Source: Actinomycetes bacterium (GTDB taxonomy: Bacteria > Actinomycetota > Thermoleophilia > BMS3ABIN01). From it: a stretch of DNA of 64,000 nucleotides. The notes below the pieces were generated by a model, which was given only the letters and a program-made list of their open reading frames with translations, had not been told where the DNA came from and did no database searches. Within the stretch, counting starts at the first letter, position 1. The number at the start of each line of letters is the position of its first letter. Position numbers and translations under genes: made by a program. Shown here in pieces: positions 58,679 to 64,000 of this stretch. The DNA lies in the NCBI GenBank assembly GCA_021790115.1, contig JAJYIM010000002.1, forward strand, positions 14,804 through 78,803, given 5' to 3'.

Positions 58679-60019
58679 GTGAAAAAGAACAGTGAAAAAA
58701 AGGCAGGCAATGCCGGCAAGGGTGGCAGGCCAGGACGGGCGCCGGCCGGCTCTCCATTTCCCCCGGTCGTTGCCCTGGACGTCGGCACCACCAAAATAGC
58801 CTGCCTGATTGGCGAGCTTGATGGGCAAGGGAAGCTTGACAGAATTAGCGGCATCGGCAATGCGCCGGCGCAAGGAATGCACAAGGGAGTGGTTGTTGAC
58901 ATTGAAAATGCTTCGGAGTCTATTAGGGCATCGGTCGCGGCTGCGGCAGGAGCTGCCGGGGCGCCTGTGGACAGCGTCTTTGCCGGAGTGGCGGGCGCGC
59001 ATGTGGTTTCCCTGAACCGGCGGGTCTCCCTCATCAATCCCAATCCTGACGGGCGCGTGACCAAGTCGGAGCGCCAGGCGCTTCTAAAAAAACTGAAGCA
59101 GGTTGAAATGCCGCCCGATCTGAAGTTGATTCATGCGCTGCCCCGCCAGTATATTCTGGACGGCCAGGATGGCATCAAGCGGCCGGTGGGCATGTGGGCG
59201 AAGCGCATCGAGATGGACGGCCATCTCGTGTTCGGAGCCATCAGCTCGATTCAAAATCTGGTCGCGGCGGTGGAACGGGCCGGCCTTGCGGTTGCGGATA
59301 TTGTCCTGGAGCCATTGGCTTCCAGCCGCGCCTGTCTGAAAGAGCATGAGCTTCAGTCAGGCGTGATGCTGGTGGATATCGGCGGCGGCACGACAGATGT
59401 TGTCATATTTACAGCAGGCCGGCTTGTCCATTCAGCAGTTTTGCCCGTAGGCGGGAACCATATCACCAAGGATATATCAGTGGCGCTCAAGGTGCCGCTG
59501 GATGCTGCTGAGGCGATAAAGCTTAAGCATGGCCATGCCCAAAGCCATCTGGTTGAGGACATTGAGATGGCAAAGTTCCGGGTGGCCGTGCCGGGCGCCA
59601 CCCAGGAGAGAACGGTCACATTCTCAAAGAAATTTCTCGCCCGCGTCATCGAGTCGAGGGTGACAGAGATTTTTTCGCTTGTTCGTAAGCAGGCCAGGGA
59701 AAGCGGTTATCTCTCAAGCATTGCTGCAGGGATTGTCATTACCGGGGGGTCGAGCCAGCTTGAGGGTATTTGCGGACTGGCGGAGCAGGCGTTGTCGTAC
59801 CCCAGCCGGACAGGACTACCAAGTAATGCCGCTGCCATTATTGACATCCCCAGTAATCCCGTCTATGCTACCGCCGTAGGCTTGATTTTATATGGGAGCG
59901 AGCGTATTTTTAAGCGGGGGCCGAGCCGGCCGCCAGAAGTCTCTACCCGTCCTTTAGGGTTATGGGAAGAGGTTCTGGCCAAGGTTAAGGGTTGGTTTGG
60001 GCAGGAGAGCAAAACCTAG
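58679..60019 (+). CDS. ftsA: Cell division protein FtsA
   Basis: Actin-fold motifs VVALDVGTTKIACLIGE and DIGGGTTD. Confidence 0.9.
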   Translation: MKKNSEKKAGNAGKGGRPGRAPAGSPFPPVVALDVGTTKIACLIGELDGQGKLDRISGIGNAPAQGMHKGVVVDIENASESIRASVAAAAGAAGAPVDSVFAGVAGAHVVSLNRRVSLINPNPDGRVTKSERQALLKKLKQVEMPPDLKLIHALPRQYILDGQDGIKRPVGMWAKRIEMDGHLVFGAISSIQNLVAAVERAGLAVADIVLEPLASSRACLKEHELQSGVMLVDIGGGTTDVVIFTAGRLVHSAVLPVGGNHITKDISVALKVPLDAAEAIKLKHGHAQSHLVEDIEMAKFRVAVPGATQERTVTFSKKFLARVIESRVTEIFSLVRKQARESGYLSSIAAGIVITGGSSQLEGICGLAEQALSYPSRTGLPSNAAAIIDIPSNPVYATAVGLILYGSERIFKRGPSRPPEVSTRPLGLWEEVLAKVKGWFGQESKT

Positions 60020-60031
60020 ACCCTGGAGGTT

Positions 60032-61144
60032 TTGACTATTATGTTGGATCCTGGTAGCAGTTACCTGGCGGTCATAAGAGTAGTTGGCGTTGGCGGCGGC
60101 GGCACGAACGCCGTTAACCGCATGGTGGACGCGGGCCTGAAGGGCGTCGAATTCATTGCCGTAAATACTGATGCCCAGGCGCTGCTCATGTGCGACGCCG
60201 ATGTAAAGCTGCATATTGGCGGCAAGATCACGCAGGGGCTGGGAGCCGGAGCCGATCCGGAGGTCGGCCGCGAGGCCGCCGAGGAAAGCCGCGACGAAAT
60301 CCGTGAAGCGATCAAGGGCTCCGACATGGTGTTTGTGACCGCGGGCAAGGGCGGCGGCACCGGCACCGGCGCCGCTCCCGTTATTGCCGAGATCGCCAAG
60401 GAGCTGGGGGCGCTTACCGTTGGCGTGGTCACAAGGCCGTTTTCTTTTGAGGGAAAGCGCCGCAGCGACCAGGCCGAAGAAGGCATCCGCGCCCTGCGGG
60501 AAAAAGTCGATACGGTCATCATCATTCCCAACGACCGCCTGCTGCAGGTGGTTGAGAAGCGCACCTCCATCATCGATGCCTTCAAGGTCGCCGACGACGT
60601 CCTCCGGCAGGGCGTGCAGGGGATCACCGACCTTATCACGGTTCCGGGGCTTATCAACCTTGATTTTGCCGATGTCAAGGCAATCATGAGGGACGCCGGC
60701 TCAGCGCTGATGGGTATTGGCGTCGCCGGCGGCGAAAACCGGGCCGCCGAGGCCGCCAAGGCGGCCATTTCCTCGCCGCTGCTGGAAGCTTCGGTGGAGG
60801 GCGCAACCGGCATCCTGCTCAATATTACCGGCGGCCAGGATCTGGGCTTGTTTGAAGTCAACGAGGCGGCCGAGGTCATTTCCAGCGCCGCCGACGCCAA
60901 TTGCAATATCATTTTTGGCGCCGTCATTGATGACAGCATCAAGGACGAGGTCAAGGTCACTGTTATCGCCACCGGTTTTGACAAGCAGCCCGGCCATCTC
61001 GGCAGGCGCGAGGCTGCCGGCGAGCCGATGTTTAAAAAAACGGCGGCCGGCGAGCGCGGCCAGAATGACCAGAAAGATGTGCCGGGATTTGAGCTAAATG
61101 ACGATATCCTTGATATTCCGACTTTTTTGAGGGAGAAAGAATAG
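60032..61144 (+). CDS. ftsZ: Cell division protein FtsZ
   Basis: Tubulin signature GGGTGTG, NTDAQAL. Confidence 0.95.
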   Translation: MTIMLDPGSSYLAVIRVVGVGGGGTNAVNRMVDAGLKGVEFIAVNTDAQALLMCDADVKLHIGGKITQGLGAGADPEVGREAAEESRDEIREAIKGSDMVFVTAGKGGGTGTGAAPVIAEIAKELGALTVGVVTRPFSFEGKRRSDQAEEGIRALREKVDTVIIIPNDRLLQVVEKRTSIIDAFKVADDVLRQGVQGITDLITVPGLINLDFADVKAIMRDAGSALMGIGVAGGENRAAEAAKAAISSPLLEASVEGATGILLNITGGQDLGLFEVNEAAEVISSAADANCNIIFGAVIDDSIKDEVKVTVIATGFDKQPGHLGRREAAGEPMFKKTAAGERGQNDQKDVPGFELNDDILDIPTFLREKE

Positions 61145-61148
61145 ATAC

Positions 61149-61270
61149 CCGGATGGTGGATGCTGGACTCTGGATGCTGGATTAAACCCAAACCCAAACC
61201 CAAACCCAAACCCAAAACTTAACTTGATAAATAGAAAAAATTCGTTATAATCTTTTCGGAACTCGGCAGG
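61149..61270 (+). promoter_or_regulatory. Repeat/promoter cassette upstream of pgeF: GGATGGT-GGATGCT-GGACTCT-GGATGCT-GGAT, (AAACCC)5, TTGATA (61224-61229)-N16-TATAAT (61246-61251), then TTTTCGGAACTCGG and the palindrome GGCAGGCAATTGCCTGCC (61266-61283)
   Basis: Read directly. Best-conserved copy. Confidence 0.6.
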
Positions 61271-61307
61271 CAATTGCCTGCCGGTTGTTTAGGCGCGGAC
61301 CGATAGC

Positions 61308-62144
61308 ATGAACAGAAATCAGTCCGTATACGATGGCATCAACAGCTACGGATCATTTGCCAAGGTCAACCCTGTCTTCAGGCTTCCGCTTGGCTGGCGA
61401 TTTGCCGGGGCCCCGGCGGGCACCAATATCTTTTTCACGATGAGGCACGGCGGCGTCAGCCGGCCTCCCTACGAGTCGCTGAATCTGGGATTCCATGTCG
61501 GCGACGATCATGCCCGCGTTTTGCAGAACCGCACCGCTCTGGCGGAAATGCACGGCATTGATCCGGGCGGCATCACTTCTCCCCGGCAGCGGCATACCGC
61601 CAGGGTGATGCTGCTTGAGCGTGACGGTCAGGTCGGCTCGGGGGCATTTGGCGAGCAGTCAGTTTTTGACCCTTGCGACGGCTTGATCACCACGCTGCGG
61701 AAAGCTCCCGTTTTGCTTCATTTCGCCGATTGCCTGCCGGTGGTGCTGGCCGCCGGCGGCGAGCGGCCGGTAGTGACAGTGCTGCACGCCGGGCGCAAGG
61801 GCCTGGTTGATGGCGTTGTCAAAAATGGCGTCGCGGTAATGACCGATCAATTCGGCGCCGGGCCGGACTCAATCACGGCGGCGCTGGGCCCGGCAATCGG
61901 TCCATGTTGCTATCAGGTCGGAGTTTCGATTGCGGGCGATTTTCAGGCGAGGTTTGGTCCGGAGAGCGTCATTGGCGCCAACGTTGACCTTGCCGCCGCC
62001 GCTATTATTGATCTGAAAAGCGCCGGCATCCCGCCGGACAACATCCATCTGCTCGATGCCTGCACCTGCTGCAACCATGACTATTATTCCTACCGGCGCG
62101 ACGGAGTCACGGGCCGCCACGGCGCCCTTGCCTGGATAGAATAG
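61308..62144 (+). CDS. pgeF: Peptidoglycan editing factor PgeF / YfiH-family (laccase-domain) protein
   Basis: HG..V, C.DAC.C.N.DYYSYRRDG C-terminal motif. Confidence 0.8.
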   Translation: MNRNQSVYDGINSYGSFAKVNPVFRLPLGWRFAGAPAGTNIFFTMRHGGVSRPPYESLNLGFHVGDDHARVLQNRTALAEMHGIDPGGITSPRQRHTARVMLLERDGQVGSGAFGEQSVFDPCDGLITTLRKAPVLLHFADCLPVVLAAGGERPVVTVLHAGRKGLVDGVVKNGVAVMTDQFGAGPDSITAALGPAIGPCCYQVGVSIAGDFQARFGPESVIGANVDLAAAAIIDLKSAGIPPDNIHLLDACTCCNHDYYSYRRDGVTGRHGALAWIE

Positions 62145-62150
62145 ATTAAG

Positions 62151-62285
62151 CGGATGGTGGATTCTGGATTCTGGATGCTGGATTAAACCCAAAACCCAAA
62201 ACCCAAAACCAAATAATAATCTTGATGAGTAGAAAATACTTGATATATTTTTTGGAACTCGGAACTCGGAACTCGGAACTCTGAT
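62151..62285 (+). promoter_or_regulatory. Repeat/promoter cassette upstream of yggS: GGATGGT-(GGATTCT)2-GGATGCT-GGAT, (AAAACCC)3, TTGATG-N16-TATATT, then (GGAACTC)4
   Basis: Read directly. Confidence 0.6.
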
Positions 62286-62288
62286 TAA

Positions 62289-63005
62289 ATGGCAGCCCGG
62301 CCAATCAAAACCTTGTCCCAGCTTGACCCAGAGCGGATCCGAGATAATTTGGCCATGGTCCGCTCTGAGGTTGCGGCTGCCTGCCGGCGCGCCGGCAGGG
62401 ATCCCCAGGGGGTTGAGATTGTCGCTGCTTCCAAGTATATCTCTGTGGACGGCATGGAGGCGCTGGCGCAGGCGGGCATCAATGTGGTCGGCGAGAACCG
62501 CGCCCAGGACCTGGTCGCCAAGCACGAGTGCTACGGCGGCCGCTTTACCTGGGATTTCATCGGCCATCTGCAGAGCAACAAAGTGCGCCAGATCCTGCCG
62601 CTGGTGCGGCTGATCCACTCAGTGGATTCCCTCTCCGCCGTGCGGGAGATCGACCGCCGCACGCCGGGCGGCATTACAACAAATGTGCTCCTGGAAGTCA
62701 ATATTGGCCAGGAGCGGGGCAAGTATGGTATCATTCCTTCCGAAGTTGACCGCTTCCTTGAGGAGGCTGCAAAATTTCCAAAGGTGAACTTCACCGGCCT
62801 CATGACAATGCCGCCGCCGGCGGCCGACCCCGAGGTTGTCCGACCCGCCTTCGCGGCCCTGCGCCGCCTGGCCTCCGAGCTCTCCCAAAAATGGCATGGC
62901 AAGTACAGCTTTGAGAATCTTTCCATGGGAACGAGCCAGGATTTCGTGGCCGCGGTCGAGGAAGGCGCTACAATTGTCAGGGTTGGCGGTGTACTGTACG
63001 GGTAA
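62289..63005 (+). CDS. yggS: PLP-homeostasis protein YggS (alanine racemase-fold, single domain)
   Basis: VAASKY, GENRAQDL, HFIGHLQSNK. Confidence 0.85.
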   Translation: MAARPIKTLSQLDPERIRDNLAMVRSEVAAACRRAGRDPQGVEIVAASKYISVDGMEALAQAGINVVGENRAQDLVAKHECYGGRFTWDFIGHLQSNKVRQILPLVRLIHSVDSLSAVREIDRRTPGGITTNVLLEVNIGQERGKYGIIPSEVDRFLEEAAKFPKVNFTGLMTMPPPAADPEVVRPAFAALRRLASELSQKWHGKYSFENLSMGTSQDFVAAVEEGATIVRVGGVLYG

Positions 63006-63198
63006 AGAGGTTCAAACAAGGGATAGGAAGGTCAAGGTAGAACAAAAACGAAAGGGAGTGGAGAATTAAGAAAGGGAGTCGAGCCGCAGAGGTCATATGG
63101 CGGCCAAGCAGATGCCGCGCTAACCCTCATGCTTCTCTTGATTCTCGACTCCCAAGTCTCAATTTGCACTGGAGGTGATTGCGATAGCTAACGGCAGC

Positions 63199-63717
63199 AT
63201 GTGGAACAAGGCACTTGTCTACTTCGGCCTGGCTGAGGATGACCTTGACAATGAGAGGGAATTTGACGAGGAAGAGGAACACTTGGCCGTGCACCGCGAG
63301 CTGGAAGAATCTTACCGGGAGCGTCCCAACGTCCGCAAGATCAACCGGAGAAAGCGCCGGGTTGATTATGATGATATCTATCCGGAGGAAAAAAAGGTGG
63401 CCCGGGTGAGGCCCCTCCGGGCGGCGGCTTCCCCAGCGAATGTGCGTGTGCATTTGATTTTGCCCAAGAGCTTCAACGACGCCCAGCAGGTGGCCGACAA
63501 GCTGAAGGCGGACGTGCCCGTCATCCTTAATCTTCAAGGCGTTGACAGGGAGCTGGCCAAGCGGCTGATTGATTTCTCCAGCGGCCTGACCTATGCCCTT
63601 GATGGCGGTATGCAAAGGGTGGCGGACAAGGTGTTTATGTTAACGCCGCGCAATGTTGACGTCTCTGCCGAAGAGAGGGCGCGTCTGATGGAGAAGGGAT
63701 TCTTTAACCAATCATGA
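63199..63717 (+). CDS. sepF: Cell division protein SepF (the start could also be GTG 63175)
   Basis: WNKALVYFGL.EDD N-terminus and the C-terminal SepF domain (PVILNLQGVD...GLTYALDG). Confidence 0.8.
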   Translation: MWNKALVYFGLAEDDLDNEREFDEEEEHLAVHRELEESYRERPNVRKINRRKRRVDYDDIYPEEKKVARVRPLRAAASPANVRVHLILPKSFNDAQQVADKLKADVPVILNLQGVDRELAKRLIDFSSGLTYALDGGMQRVADKVFMLTPRNVDVSAEERARLMEKGFFNQS

Positions 63718-64000
63718 CCGGGGGCAGCATCGGCCTGATAGGCTCAGGCAATATTGGCGCTGCATTTGTGAAGGGGTGGATCAGATCCGACCCGGCGATG
63801 GCCGGACGCATAACTGTGACCGACGCCCGCCCGGCGGCGGCGGAGAAGCTCGCCGCTGAGACCGGAGCCTCCGTAGCCGGCTCGAATCAGGAGCTGGCGG
63901 AAAGATCGGACCTGGTTTTGCTGGCGGTAAAGCCTGGCGACGTGGAGGCGGCCTTGAAAGATGCGGTGCCCTTGTTTGGCCGTGGGAAAGTGCTTGTTTC
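63714..64000 (+). CDS. proC: Pyrroline-5-carboxylate reductase ProC (3' end lies outside the window)
   Basis: IGLIGSGNIGAAF Rossmann motif, LVLLAVKP. The ATG overlaps the sepF stop (ATGA). Confidence 0.8.
   Translation, partial: MTGGSIGLIGSGNIGAAFVKGWIRSDPAMAGRITVTDARPAAAEKLAAETGASVAGSNQELAERSDLVLLAVKPGDVEAALKDAVPLFGRGKVLV

Noticed and set aside
61149-61215. Heptamer/hexamer tandem arrays as a CRISPR array or a coding amino-acid repeat
   Set aside because: Units are 6-7 bp with no spacers, and the arrays are short, 3-6 units. That is far from CRISPR architecture. They are mostly intergenic and only incidentally translated at gene ends.

Overview
This is a GC-rich bacterial chromosomal segment with a Gram-positive-type gene inventory: an LPXTG sortase substrate, FabK-type fatty-acid synthesis, DivIB/SepF, and a dcw cluster that ends in sepF. 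All calls below rest on reading the ORF translations for family motifs; no searches were run.

Gene order from left to right:
- 3' end of gyrA and an LPXTG surface protein.
- A complete fab/acc lipid-synthesis cluster (fabZ-fabH-fabK-fabD-fabG-fabF-accD-accA). acpP is missing from it.
- A minus-strand block: DhnA-type aldolase, amidohydrolase, LarB and a hypothetical protein.
- proA, followed by a 1100-aa hybrid sensor kinase/response regulator carrying a cysteine-rich insert.
- A minus-strand operon that ends in a selenocysteine-containing selD. Its in-frame TGA was missed by the ORF track.
- A GalT-like HIT enzyme, a class II aldolase, an MFS transporter and a phosphoesterase.
- An enolase gene carrying two compensating frameshifts, next to fragments of an MFS gene.
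- A six-gene complex-I/group-4-hydrogenase-like membrane complex (25.6-33.3 kb, minus strand). Its catalytic subunit has lost all four Ni-Fe cysteine ligands, which makes it Ehr-like.
- A bacterial dynamin-like GTPase, a split MFS/spermidine-synthase gene, FxsA, an ABC-class ATPase and a CysH-like reductase.
- An archaemetzincin, 2-oxoacid:ferredoxin oxidoreductase alpha and beta subunits, pyrE, and rplM-rpsI.
- A dcw cluster: murF-mraY-murD-ftsW-murG-murC-murB-ftsQ-ftsA-ftsZ-pgeF-yggS-sepF-proC.

The most unusual sequence-level signal is a repeated modular intergenic cassette, present in at least 8 copies and 5 of them inside the dcw cluster. Each copy has a degenerate heptamer array GGAYNNT, then an (AAACCC)n or (AAAACCC)n microsatellite, then a near-consensus -35/-10 promoter, then a second short tandem repeat. 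Two copies carry the heptamer array as inverted arms.

A second repeat family is a MITE-like palindromic element with AGAATCTATCTCAAAAG termini. A full copy sits between rpsI and murF, and fragments lie at four other sites.
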